From NCBI GenBank assembly GCA_965215185.1, contig OZ244034.1:672001-736000 (forward strand): DNA of 64,000 bases. Reading direction: 5' to 3'. A model generated the notes under the pieces. The model was not told where the DNA came from and made no database searches. It saw only the letters and a program-made list of their open reading frames with translations. Below, piece by piece: positions 42,328 to 52,134 of the stretch (positions are counted from its first letter, which is position 1; the number at the start of each line of letters is the position of its first letter). The position numbers and the translations under genes are program-made. This DNA is from Acidimicrobiia bacterium (GTDB lineage Bacteria; Actinomycetota; Acidimicrobiia; Spongiisociales; ZC4RG35).

Positions 42328-42519
42328 ATGAGACTGGCATGCGAGGGTTGTGACTGGGCAATCGAGCAGGAGACAGCTGACGAACTCCACACCGCGATGA
42401 TGAAGCATGGCGAGGAAACCCACTCGAACCTCTTCGAAGGGAAGACCCCCGAGGAACTCGAGGCGATGAAGAAGATGATGACCGTCCACGTCTATGAGAT
42501 GATCGCAGCTCAGAACTGA
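42328..42519 (+). CDS. DUF1059-like small metal-binding protein
   Basis: MRLACEGCDW...ADEL...H...H pattern; AAGGAG SD. Confidence 0.75.
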   Translation: MRLACEGCDWAIEQETADELHTAMMKHGEETHSNLFEGKTPEELEAMKKMMTVHVYEMIAAQN

Positions 42520-42641
42520 TCCATCTGGCCCGGTCGGCGCCGAAATCCTGATGTGAGAGCGCTGGCGCCTCTCGGAATCCGGATAGGGGCCGCCGGACTA
42601 GATTAAGCAGACTGAACCTATGTCCAGAAAGGAGCAGGGAA

Positions 42642-43964
42642 ATGGCTAAGGCGCTGGTTGGGGGAAGGGTGATAGACGGGACGGGACGGGGTCCGATCGA
42701 TGACGCGGTGGTGTTGATCGACGGAGAACGAATTGATGCGGTATTCCGCAGGGGTGAGATGGAACTTTCCGCCGATACCGAAGTGGTGGACATCACCGGT
42801 TCCACGGTGATTCCGGGTCTGATCGACTGCCATGTTCATGTGGCAGTGCTGGCCGATAACTCTTTCCTCCAGGTGGAGGATCCCAAATCGCTGGCTGATC
42901 TGTTCATGACCACATTGTTGTCTCATGGGGTGACCACCGTCCGGGACACCGGCAACTTCGATCCTGATGAGGTCTTCCGCACCTTCAAGGCGGGTAAGGC
43001 GAACTGGCCCCGCTTTTTCGGCGCGGGCACCATCTTGGACGGACCGGCCGATCCCCCTGCACCCTGGCGGTGGCTGGCCGTGATCGACGACGAGGAATCG
43101 GCCCGTCGGGAAGCGGCGAAACTCCTTGACGCCGGCATGGATTTCCTTAAGGTCTATGTGTGGGCGCGGCTCCCGGTACTGCGGGCCGTGATATCGGAGG
43201 CCCACCGGCGGGGGGTGGCGGTCTCAGCGCACGTCGGACACATGGTGACGGTGGAGGAGGCGGTCAGAGTGGGTGTCGACGCGTTGGAGCATGTTCGGAT
43301 CGGACGCGAACTGGTGCCAGAAGACCGGATGGACGAATTCAAGGCGCTCACGGGCCGGATGCTCGATCCCCTGGTGGGCTTCCAGCCGTGGCGTTTCATC
43401 GATCCCGATTCGGACTTGACCGACAGTTTGATCGCGCTCATGGCCGAGAAGGGGATATACATTACGCCCACCCTCACCCTCTCCCAGGCCATCCTGCTGG
43501 GCAACACCCACGAAGCGGTCAATCCGGCGGGTTTGGACGATATGCCGGCCGCGGTTGCCGAGCAGTGGAGCCAGTATGCCTACCCGTTCGACTACACCGA
43601 GACCGACTGGGAAGCGGCGCCAGTGGAGCTACGCAACCAGATGGCGTTCATCGGGCGCGCCCAGCAAGGTGGAGTCAAAGTGACGGCCGGCACCGACCTC
43701 ACCAACCCGTTCGTGGTACCAGGCCACAGCATGCATGAGGAGTTGCGTCTCCTGGTGGAAGGCTGCGGATTCTCACCCATGGAGGCCATTGTGGCCGCCA
43801 CCAGTCGAGCCGCCGACCTGTTGGGCCAAGGCAACGACCTAGGCTCGGTGGAGAAGCGCAAGCTGGCCGACCTGGTGGTGCTGGAGGCCGATCCTTTGGA
43901 TGACATCCGCAATACTCAGCGGATCGCGGCGGTGTATAAGGGTGGTCAGCCGGTAGCCACTTGA
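42642..43964 (+). CDS. Metal-dependent amidohydrolase
   Basis: PGLIDCHVH, GVTTVRD, LKVY, AH, LEH, AGTD, ADLVVL..DP. Confidence 0.9.
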   Translation: MAKALVGGRVIDGTGRGPIDDAVVLIDGERIDAVFRRGEMELSADTEVVDITGSTVIPGLIDCHVHVAVLADNSFLQVEDPKSLADLFMTTLLSHGVTTVRDTGNFDPDEVFRTFKAGKANWPRFFGAGTILDGPADPPAPWRWLAVIDDEESARREAAKLLDAGMDFLKVYVWARLPVLRAVISEAHRRGVAVSAHVGHMVTVEEAVRVGVDALEHVRIGRELVPEDRMDEFKALTGRMLDPLVGFQPWRFIDPDSDLTDSLIALMAEKGIYITPTLTLSQAILLGNTHEAVNPAGLDDMPAAVAEQWSQYAYPFDYTETDWEAAPVELRNQMAFIGRAQQGGVKVTAGTDLTNPFVVPGHSMHEELRLLVEGCGFSPMEAIVAATSRAADLLGQGNDLGSVEKRKLADLVVLEADPLDDIRNTQRIAAVYKGGQPVAT

Positions 43965-43965
43965 T

Positions 43966-44829
43966 CTAGGCCGATGTGATCCGCATCCGCACGCCCATCG
44001 CCAGGTCCGGATCAATGTCAAGACCTCGGGCAGTCTCTGAGAATAGGACGCCTCGGCGGGACAGGACCCGGGTGGTGCTGGTGATGTCATCGGTGGACAA
44101 GACCAAACGAAATGGTCCGGGTCCATACCGTTCCAGATTGCGGGCCATGGGGCCGTCCTCAGTGGGCTCATGGATGCCCAGGTCGAATCCGCCCAATCGG
44201 TAGTGACGACTTCGGACCCCCGCCTGCGGCCAGGGTGGCTCAGCGCGGCGGGACCGAAGCCCCAGTGCCCGGTCATAGAGGCCTTCCGCCGCATCCAAGT
44301 CGTCAACTGCTAAATCAATGCCGATTGCCCCGCTTACCCCACTGTCGTGGTTTCCGGGTGGATCCCAAGCCAGCAGGTCCGACTCGTCGGTGATCCAGTC
44401 AATCAGGTAGGGCCAAGGCTTGCGCCATGGCGACCCCCCCGGCACTACCAGCCGCCATTCCAGCCGCCGTCCATCAGGACGCACCCGGTCCATGTCGAAT
44501 GGTCCTTCCGCCTCGATTCCCAGTCCCTTGAGTCCGCTGGCTTCTGTTTCCAAGCCGGTCCCGGCCAGCACGAATCCCACCAGGCCCGAGGATTTCTCCA
44601 AGTAAGCCAGCAGTTCGCCGCCGAAGGGTCCCCGCCCCCTCGCCCGACCTGGGTCTTCCACTGAAAGCAATTCCAGATAGTCGAGACCAAATCGGACTAT
44701 GGCGTTGTGGGTGCCAAGTGAGGGGTGGCGACCGCCTTCGGCTACTTCAAATCCCAACTGGCGGAATGCCGCAATCCCAGATTGCAAGTCGGAAACGCCG
44801 ATCACCGCGTGGTCGAAACGTTCGATCAT
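43966..44829 (-). CDS. VOC/glyoxalase-like protein with two domains
   Basis: FDHAVIGV.DL, GGRHP..GTHN, YLELL, PYLIDW. Confidence 0.85.
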   Translation of the reverse strand: MIERFDHAVIGVSDLQSGIAAFRQLGFEVAEGGRHPSLGTHNAIVRFGLDYLELLSVEDPGRARGRGPFGGELLAYLEKSSGLVGFVLAGTGLETEASGLKGLGIEAEGPFDMDRVRPDGRRLEWRLVVPGGSPWRKPWPYLIDWITDESDLLAWDPPGNHDSGVSGAIGIDLAVDDLDAAEGLYDRALGLRSRRAEPPWPQAGVRSRHYRLGGFDLGIHEPTEDGPMARNLERYGPGPFRLVLSTDDITSTTRVLSRRGVLFSETARGLDIDPDLAMGVRMRITSA

Positions 44830-44839
44830 TGGGGGCTCT

Positions 44840-45826
44840 TCACCCCACGAGGGCCGGGAGCACCTCGTTGGTGACCCTTTGAAACTGGTGGGCCTCTTCG
44901 TAGCCTGCCAGACGGAGAGTGATGGTGGTTGCCCCGGCGTCGGCGAATTCGCTGGTGCGCCTGATGCATTCTTCCGGGTCGCCGATTGCTACCCACCGCT
45001 GCAGGAAACCGCGGTCGTAGTCTGTCCCGTAGTAGTCCCGCATATAGGAAACCACCTCGTCCATGCCTCGGTCGGGATCTTCGGTGACATGGATGTTGTA
45101 GTACAGGGAAGCCTCGAACTCTTCCCCCAGCGGGCGGTTCTCCTCTTCGGCGTACTGTCGGATGGCCGTCAGATTGACCGCGAAATGCTCGGGAGTGTTG
45201 GCGGTGCTCATCCAGCCATTGCCGAGCCGGGCCACCCGTCGTAGAGTGCGTTCGGCGAGCTTCGGAAAGGCCGGATTCGGATTTGCGGTTACCCAGATCG
45301 GCAGGGGCTGTTGCACCGGGCGGGGGAGCACGGTCACATCCTCGAACCGGTTGTAGGTTCCCTCGTAGGAGGCGTTTTCGGTCTCCGACACCAGCCGCAG
45401 GATCTCAATGGCCTCTTCCATCCGCCCACTCCTGGTGGCAGGGTCAATACCGAAGGCTGCGAACTCCTCTTCGAACTTTCCTCCGCCGGCTTCCCTCTGT
45501 CCCTGGCAGGCCACGAAAATGGAGCGACCGTTGGAAACAAAGTCGAAGCTGAGCCACTGGTACGCTATGAGCAGCGCATCGCGAAGCGGTGTGCTCGCCA
45601 TGCAACCCACCCCCAGCTTGACCCGTTCGGTGTGGGCTGCCAGCCACCCTAGCGCTACGAACGCATCCAGTCGCGGCTTGGCGAAGATCGAATCACCCAG
45701 CCACACCGAGTCCCACACCTCGGCCTGGTCAGCTTGCCGGGCCAGGTTGTTCATCTCCTCCAAGGTGGACATCCCCAGCAAGACGCTGCGGTTCGAAAGC
45801 GTTATCCCGTACTTGGCCTTACCCAT
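44840..45826 (-). CDS. LLM-class flavin-dependent oxidoreductase
   Basis: DSVWLGDS, LAAHTERVKLG, PRPVQQPLPIW, GNGW; AGGAGG SD before ATG 45826. Confidence 0.9.
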   Translation of the reverse strand: MGKAKYGITLSNRSVLLGMSTLEEMNNLARQADQAEVWDSVWLGDSIFAKPRLDAFVALGWLAAHTERVKLGVGCMASTPLRDALLIAYQWLSFDFVSNGRSIFVACQGQREAGGGKFEEEFAAFGIDPATRSGRMEEAIEILRLVSETENASYEGTYNRFEDVTVLPRPVQQPLPIWVTANPNPAFPKLAERTLRRVARLGNGWMSTANTPEHFAVNLTAIRQYAEEENRPLGEEFEASLYYNIHVTEDPDRGMDEVVSYMRDYYGTDYDRGFLQRWVAIGDPEECIRRTSEFADAGATTITLRLAGYEEAHQFQRVTNEVLPALVG

Positions 45827-45930
45827 AGGCCTCCTATCTGTGGCCGGGCTCAATGTAGCAAGCAGTCAGAGAGTCTTGGTTCAAGCAGGCGCTTTCCTTT
45901 GCTATTACTTGGACTCTAATGAGTGAAGAT

Positions 45931-47403
45931 CTAGCCGCCGAGGGTATGACGCATCAGTTCCCTGAGAGCAATTGTTAAGGATTGGTCTAGCCACTCGTAC
46001 AGTTCGTCAGAGCGGTCTTCGACACTCTCGTCGTGAGTGAAGGTGAAAGCGTCCCATGAAGTACGCACAAAGCTATCTTCATGGGTTGATGCTTCCTCAT
46101 CGGGGATTCTGATATCTCCGAACGAAGTGATGGCCATCACCCCAGTGCGGCGGCTTCCAACATGGTGGATTGATACGACGAAACGTAGTTGGAACCCATC
46201 AACTTTGACTTTTAGCATTGTCCACCAAGCATTGGACAGGTCGGCAAAATGCTCCGCCTGCTTAGCGGTCCCGATGATCTGATGGCGCCACCACTTCGAT
46301 CGAGGATCACTAGACGAGGCATTATCCGTCCAAATCCCGACGCCGGTGCCCTCATCGATGAACACTTTTTCCAAATCCTGGCCGGTTTCCTCAAACCAGT
46401 GTTGAATCCGCCCATGAAGTTGGCTAGCGCGTATGAGGACTGCCCGTTCCTTTTGCTCTGCCTCTTCAAACCTCTTCCGTTCATAAGATTGGGCAAACGC
46501 TCGAGCCGTTTCTCTGGCGCTGCGGGGTACGGGTCGGTGGTCCGGTTCTTCCAACTCCCTCCTGATCGACCGCATGGCTAGCCTGGCAAAAAGCCTCCCC
46601 AGAGGAGTCAAATCCCCTTCGTTGGCTCTGTCTAAGGCGTCCAGATAAGTGTCTCGGTTGGTGCGGTCAACGACCAGGGGCGGGTAGTAGCTCTTTCCCA
46701 GGGATAGGAGGGTTAACGCTCTAGCGACCCGGCCATTGCCATCTTGGAAAGGATGGATCTGGACAAACCGGTGGTGGAGCCACGCTGCGGACACGATGGG
46801 GTGGGATTCCCCCATCCCGTTATACCACTCAACCAGTCTTTCTATCTCGCCGTTTACCTGCTCGGGTGGAGCGAATTTCAATAGGGAACCATCACTCAGT
46901 TTGACATTGTTGGGGAGGGTCTTGAATCTTCCGTGAACCAAGGCGGTCTGCACAGGTCTTCCTAAGGCATCCGTGGCGTCGTAAAAGGACTGAGCCCTAG
47001 TGATCAAGGCGTGTAACTCTTTTATGAAGGAGGTGGTAAGGGGATAGTCCTGCTGAACATATTCTGTGACCATGTTCAGCCCTTCCAACTGGGCCTCGAT
47101 CATGTCCAGAACCCCTTGTGACAATTCCCCGCCGGCTCGTGCTATCGCTTCCCGAGTTAAGCCTTTGGCCACCAAGGTCTCGGTCACTCCCCACTCGATC
47201 TGATACAGACGTTCGATGATGCCGGTTTCGATGGCATGCCTGCGTAGGGTGCGACGCCTTAAGGACATTTGATAGGCTTCGTCCAAAGAATCTGCAAACT
47301 CTTTCCAGGAACGATGGAGACGGTTCAATGCAGCCAAATCACCTCTTAGATTCTCCGGGACTCTTGGGTCCAGAGGTTCAATAGGATGCCACCTGTTGTC
47401 CAT
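45931..47403 (-). CDS. Fic-family AMPylase with an uncharacterised C-terminal domain
   Basis: Canonical HPFQDGNGRVAR; N-terminal AIETGIIE helix; visibly more AT-rich than its neighbours. Confidence 0.92.
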   Translation of the reverse strand: MDNRWHPIEPLDPRVPENLRGDLAALNRLHRSWKEFADSLDEAYQMSLRRRTLRRHAIETGIIERLYQIEWGVTETLVAKGLTREAIARAGGELSQGVLDMIEAQLEGLNMVTEYVQQDYPLTTSFIKELHALITRAQSFYDATDALGRPVQTALVHGRFKTLPNNVKLSDGSLLKFAPPEQVNGEIERLVEWYNGMGESHPIVSAAWLHHRFVQIHPFQDGNGRVARALTLLSLGKSYYPPLVVDRTNRDTYLDALDRANEGDLTPLGRLFARLAMRSIRRELEEPDHRPVPRSARETARAFAQSYERKRFEEAEQKERAVLIRASQLHGRIQHWFEETGQDLEKVFIDEGTGVGIWTDNASSSDPRSKWWRHQIIGTAKQAEHFADLSNAWWTMLKVKVDGFQLRFVVSIHHVGSRRTGVMAITSFGDIRIPDEEASTHEDSFVRTSWDAFTFTHDESVEDRSDELYEWLDQSLTIALRELMRHTLGG

Positions 47404-47491
47404 GGGCCCCTGAATCTAGTGGCCTTAGGTACGAAGAAATGCCTTTGTAATCCCCCCCGGTATCAAGACTGGAAGCTCACGGCCATGAAAG

Positions 47492-47909
47492 CTATCTGAA
47501 GGGCAAGGCTGCCGAGGAGGGGTTGCTATCCGTTTCATCGACTCGTCGAATCAGATCAGCCCGCCGGTTATCACTTGGGCACAGTGAGAGGCGACTCATG
47601 AGAACGCTGCCGGGAATTCCTCTCAATGCACATGCCGCTATTACCAGTGTGAGGACGATCTCTGCGTGCGTTGTAGTTGCCATGGGCTATCTTGGAAAGG
47701 CCCAGCAGGTAGGACCATGATCAAGGTCCATAAGGCTCAGGCCGCCGCCGCGGAGCCGATCTCCGGCCTCCGTATCACTAGTCCCAGCGCCAGTAACACT
47801 GGAACGATCTGGACGAGGTGGCGAACCAGTGTGCCGCTTTCGATCCCAACCACCACCAGCAACAAAGCCAGCTGATCAAACATCCCGCGATCAGCGTGGC
47901 GCCATTCAC
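47492..47909 (-). pseudogene. Degraded small integral membrane protein gene
   Basis: Hydrophobic segments spread over several frames: MNGATLIAGCLI / LALLLVVVGIESGTLVRHLVQIVPVLLALGLVIRRPEIGSAAAA* (TGA 47737-47739) ALWTLIMV / YLLGLSKIAHGNY / AEIVLTLVIAACALRGI. Confidence 0.6.
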
Positions 47910-47943
47910 CAGACTTGCGTTCCCGGAACCCGAAGGGGCGGCG

Positions 47944-48801
47944 CTATATGTAGGTGTAGAAACCTCGTCCGCTCTTGCGGCCAGTCCATCCTGATTCAAC
48001 CAGGCGGGCCAGGAGAGGTGGGGGAGCGTTGGCGGGGTCCCGAAACTCTTCGTACAGGACCTTGCCGATCTCATAGATGGTGTCGAGCCCTATGAAGTCA
48101 GCCAACTGGAAGGGTCCCATGGGGTGGTTCAATCCCAATTTGACTGCGTTGTCGATGTCTTCACGGGTGGCGACGCCCGCCTCGAGCATCCGGATCGCCG
48201 ACATCAGAAACGGGACCACGAGGCCATTGACGACGAATCCCGCCTGATCGCGGCACAGCACCACGCTTTTACCAAGTTGAATGGAGATGAAGTCATTCAC
48301 GATCTTGAGCGTTTCCTCCGAAGTGGTGATCGTGGGGATCACCTCCACCAATTTCATGACCGGCGCCGGATTGAAGAAATGGATCCCCACCACCTCCTCC
48401 GGACGGGTAGTGGCGGCGCCCAACCGAGCGATGGGGATGGAGGACGTGTTGGAAGCCAGGATCGCTTCGCGGTCCTCCACCAACTGGTCAAGGCGTTTGA
48501 ATATGCTCAGTTTGAGGGCGATTACCTCCGAAACCGCCTCTATTACCAACTGGCTTTGCGACAGGCTTGCCAAGTCGTCGCTCACTGTCACATTGGCGAG
48601 GGTGCTCTCCTGTTCGCCTGCCGTCATCTTCCCCCGCGCCACGGCCTTGCCGGTGGACCCGACTATGCGCTGGTAGGCGGCTTCTGCTCGGTCCATGTCG
48701 GCTTCGACCACTGTCACCTTGCTTCCGGCCCGCGCGCAAACCTCAGCGATGCCGGAGCCCATCAGGCCACCTCCGACGACTCCCACTCTTGTGATGTCCA
48801 T
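47944..48801 (-). CDS. 3-hydroxybutyryl-CoA dehydrogenase
   Basis: GGGLMGSGIA, ASNTSS, HFFNP, GFVVN, HPMGP..LAD.IGLD. Confidence 0.93.
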   Translation of the reverse strand: MDITRVGVVGGGLMGSGIAEVCARAGSKVTVVEADMDRAEAAYQRIVGSTGKAVARGKMTAGEQESTLANVTVSDDLASLSQSQLVIEAVSEVIALKLSIFKRLDQLVEDREAILASNTSSIPIARLGAATTRPEEVVGIHFFNPAPVMKLVEVIPTITTSEETLKIVNDFISIQLGKSVVLCRDQAGFVVNGLVVPFLMSAIRMLEAGVATREDIDNAVKLGLNHPMGPFQLADFIGLDTIYEIGKVLYEEFRDPANAPPPLLARLVESGWTGRKSGRGFYTYI

Positions 48802-48827
48802 ATGCTCTCTCGATCGATGGTTGTTGA

Positions 48828-50156
48828 TTAGCCTTGCGGCCTTTCGTCAGGGGGAGCGCCGTTGGGACTCTCTCCGAATATCAAGGCATCCTGCTCCCGC
48901 CTCAGAGAAGGGATAGTAAACGATTCGTCGAGCGCCACATCCGCGTAGGTGAGAGGAGTCCCTGCTTCCAGGGCGCGGGTGAGGCGGGCGCCGGTGGCCA
49001 AGCCCAGGGGCAGCAAGTTGTCCCGGCGGGCCACATCGGCTCTCTCGATGACCCCGTACACACAGAATCCCCCTATCCCATCTATTTCTTCTCCGCTTCG
49101 CAGGGCCTTTTTGGCGATGGTCACGGTTTCGGCGGAGGGCATGCGGTCGGTGGCCAGCGTGGTCTCCCCGCGTAGCACCATTTTGGCAATGGACACGGGG
49201 GTCTCCAGGCTGGTGAGGTGATAGGGTCGGTACAGCGCCCAATATGGGCCTGGTCCCACTTTTAGATACTGAAGATCGCGCACCAGCTTGGGATGATCGG
49301 TGGTGAACACCAAGAACACCCCGGGTGCGACGCCTCGTCCGTAATCGACCCGGTTCCTGCCTGAGAGTATCCCCCCGTCGGCCTGCGGTATGTAGGTGGA
49401 GGCCAGAGTGTCGTGGGTCACCTCCGGGCCGTGCATCCCTCGTTGGTCAGGTAGGTATCCAATCGCGTTAGAGATGGTGGTCATCTCCATCATCGTCTTG
49501 CTGCCGTCCACAAAGGAAGAGAGCATCTTGGGATTCATCATCTGGCGGCGGGCGGTTTCTGCCACAGTGTCGGGATTGGCCGTGGGAATTAGGGGGTTGT
49601 TCTTTCCCTTCCCCACGCTCACCACGTCATAGCCGAGCATGGTGGCAAACTCATATAACTCGGCGATGGCCCCGGGCTCGTCACCTCCTGACAGGGAGTA
49701 GATCACGCCCGCTTCCCGCGCCCGGCGACGCAGGAGCGCCCCCACGGTGGCGTCGGCCTCCACGTTCATCTGCATGACGTGTTTTCCCGCTTCAATGGCC
49801 TGGACAGCGACCTTGGCGCCCATCTCCGGTACGCCGGTGGCTTCCACGGTTATGTCGAGGGGCGGTGCGCTAGCCAAAGCCGCGTTGGTGGTGTAGACCC
49901 GCTTGCCGTCGGCGATCGCCTCTGACGCCTGGTCAAGATCATCGGTTTGGATGATGTCTTTTTCCTCGATCCCGGCTGAGCGATAGATCTCTGCCGATCG
50001 CCCGCTTCCCCGGTCGACGATCACATAGGCGCCCATACCCTCCATCCGCTCCATGGTGATGGCCAGTCCCTCGCCCATTTGCCCGGCGCCCACTATTCCC
50101 ACCTTTATCGGGTTGTCGGCATCCTGTCGGGAACGAAGAAGGGAACTGAGAGTCAC
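48828..50156 (-). CDS. Homoserine-dehydrogenase-like NAD(P)-dependent oxidoreductase with C-terminal SAF domain
   Basis: GAGQMG, MNVEADATVG, GDEPG, SFVDGSK, RPYHL, DGIGG..VYG, LPLGL. Confidence 0.85.
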   Translation of the reverse strand: MTLSSLLRSRQDADNPIKVGIVGAGQMGEGLAITMERMEGMGAYVIVDRGSGRSAEIYRSAGIEEKDIIQTDDLDQASEAIADGKRVYTTNAALASAPPLDITVEATGVPEMGAKVAVQAIEAGKHVMQMNVEADATVGALLRRRAREAGVIYSLSGGDEPGAIAELYEFATMLGYDVVSVGKGKNNPLIPTANPDTVAETARRQMMNPKMLSSFVDGSKTMMEMTTISNAIGYLPDQRGMHGPEVTHDTLASTYIPQADGGILSGRNRVDYGRGVAPGVFLVFTTDHPKLVRDLQYLKVGPGPYWALYRPYHLTSLETPVSIAKMVLRGETTLATDRMPSAETVTIAKKALRSGEEIDGIGGFCVYGVIERADVARRDNLLPLGLATGARLTRALEAGTPLTYADVALDESFTIPSLRREQDALIFGESPNGAPPDERPQG

Positions 50157-50258
50157 TTGACCGCCAGTCTATTGGTGATGTGGCTATTCGTCAGGTACGA
50201 CCGGCTAATCCGGGACATCGGGCGGGGTTGTGGCCGCCGGGTGGTCTGTGACTGTGGT

Positions 50259-51866
50259 CTACGTATTTGGCCCTGGCACGATCACTCCGGGGTTGAGGAT
50301 TCCCTTCGGATCCAAATGTGCCTTGGCCCGAGCCAGGACATCGCCGAAGAGCGGGGGTCTTTGTTTCTCGTACCAGGGCTGGTGATCGCGTCCGATGGCG
50401 TGGTGATGAGTGATGGTGCCGCCGTTGTCTACCACGGCGTCCGAGACAGCATTTTTGATGGCGCGCCATTGTCCGATTATGGATCCCGGATGCCCTGCAC
50501 AGTGGAACGCGTAGTAGGGGGCGGGACCGTCCGGGTATGCGTGGCTGAACCGGCAGGATACCGCGCCATCCTGACCAGTGGCCGCCCGGATCGCTCGCTG
50601 CGTCGCCTCTTTCACCGCGTGGTGGAAGGACTCGAAGCGGTCCCAGGTGATGGCCGATTCGAAGGTGTCCGAGATAATTCCGCGGGGGGTGAGGTTCTCT
50701 CGGTTGTACGGCATCTTTATGAATGCGTCACGCCAAGCGCCGACCGCTCCCTTCAGGTGGGCGTCCCGGTTGGTTCGCCAATCGACATCGGGTAGACCGC
50801 CGTGATCGCGAGCGCACTGCTCGGCCCGGTCCATCCAGGCTTCCACCGGGTGGTCGGCCGACTCGAAAGAAACCACCAGCAGCGTGAACGAACCATCCCC
50901 AGCGCCGTTCACCTGCAGCTCAACCCCGTCGACGATCCGCACATTGGCCGGGAACAGACCTGCCTGGGCGATCGCCCGGACAGCCCCGGCAGCTTGGAGG
51001 AAGTCCTTGAAACGGAATCCGGCAGTGGCCTTGAAGGTAACCCGACCTTGCAGCCGCACCCAGGCCTCGGTGACTATTCCCAGGGCGCCCTCCGAGCCGA
51101 GGACCAGACGGTCCGGGCTGGGACCGGCACCCGAACCTGGCAGGCGGCGTGACTCCATCCTCCCGGCCGGTGTGACCATGGACACACTTTCGACCAGGTC
51201 ATCTATGTGGGTGTAGAGAGTTGCGAAGTGGCCTCCTGAGCGGGTGGCTATCCATCCCCCCAAGGTCGAGTGCTGAAAAGACTGAGGAAAGTGACGCAGG
51301 GTCATACCGTGTGGCTTCAGACCGGCTTCGAGTTCAGGCCCGCGCGCTCCGCCCTCTATCCGCGCTGCTCGTGAGACCGGGTCGACTTCGAGCACCCGGT
51401 TCATCCGGCTCATGTCCAAGGTGACGGTCCCGCTGAAACTGTCACCGATGTCGGGCGTCACCCCGCCTACGACCGACGAGCCACCGCCGAAGGGAACCAG
51501 GGCCGCTCCTGTCTCGCCTGCCCAATCCATGATGGCTGCCACATCGGCTTCGTTTCTCGGATAGGCAACCACATCAGGAGCATGGGCAAAGTCGCGGGCA
51601 AAAATCCGGATCGAATCCGGCTGGGACTGTCCGAAACTGTGCAGGATCCGCTCGTAGGGTTGCTGGGTGCTTATCGAGGCAAGGCTCTCTGGCGGATTCA
51701 GGCGGGGTTTTCGCAGCGGTATCTCATCGAGATGAGGTACTCCACCCTCTCCAGAGCCGCGGATGCCGAAGTCCTGGGAGAGGGTGGATAGCAATGTCTT
51801 CAGGTCACGGGACGACAATCCGTCGCCCTCCCGTCCCCACCCCCAGTATTTGAGTCGCTTTGCCAT
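50259..51866 (-). CDS. FAD-binding oxidoreductase (alkyl-DHAP-synthase-like, VAO/PCMH family)
   Basis: WGWG N-terminus, PFGGGSSVVGG, RHFPQSF..STLGGW, GSEGALG, THHHAIG. Confidence 0.88.
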   Translation of the reverse strand: MAKRLKYWGWGREGDGLSSRDLKTLLSTLSQDFGIRGSGEGGVPHLDEIPLRKPRLNPPESLASISTQQPYERILHSFGQSQPDSIRIFARDFAHAPDVVAYPRNEADVAAIMDWAGETGAALVPFGGGSSVVGGVTPDIGDSFSGTVTLDMSRMNRVLEVDPVSRAARIEGGARGPELEAGLKPHGMTLRHFPQSFQHSTLGGWIATRSGGHFATLYTHIDDLVESVSMVTPAGRMESRRLPGSGAGPSPDRLVLGSEGALGIVTEAWVRLQGRVTFKATAGFRFKDFLQAAGAVRAIAQAGLFPANVRIVDGVELQVNGAGDGSFTLLVVSFESADHPVEAWMDRAEQCARDHGGLPDVDWRTNRDAHLKGAVGAWRDAFIKMPYNRENLTPRGIISDTFESAITWDRFESFHHAVKEATQRAIRAATGQDGAVSCRFSHAYPDGPAPYYAFHCAGHPGSIIGQWRAIKNAVSDAVVDNGGTITHHHAIGRDHQPWYEKQRPPLFGDVLARAKAHLDPKGILNPGVIVPGPNT

Positions 51867-52134
51867 CGGCTTTGACCTTCTGTTCAATAGGTGCCCTGAG
51901 GGCCACCACTGGCTGACAGGTAAACCAACGCCATCGGCATCGGTTCAGTTGCTGAATTTCCGCTTCCAGTTGTGAAGGGTAGGTTGAACCATTCGGACAC
52001 GTCTGGTGGTCCTATCAGAGGGCGGCGTTTTTCGTTTGGTTTGGGCCACATTGTAGGTTCGCGGACCTGTCCTACGGTGCAGCCTTGGTGCTATTTCAAG
52101 GAGAAGGGTCTTTGGCCGGTAATCTTCTGTCTCT

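Noticed and set aside
51870-52134. T-box riboswitch before leuS (also considered before alaS); an imperfect inverted repeat spans ~51893-52023
   Set aside because: No proper T-box bulge consensus or specifier stem found; the repeat is too imperfect to call.
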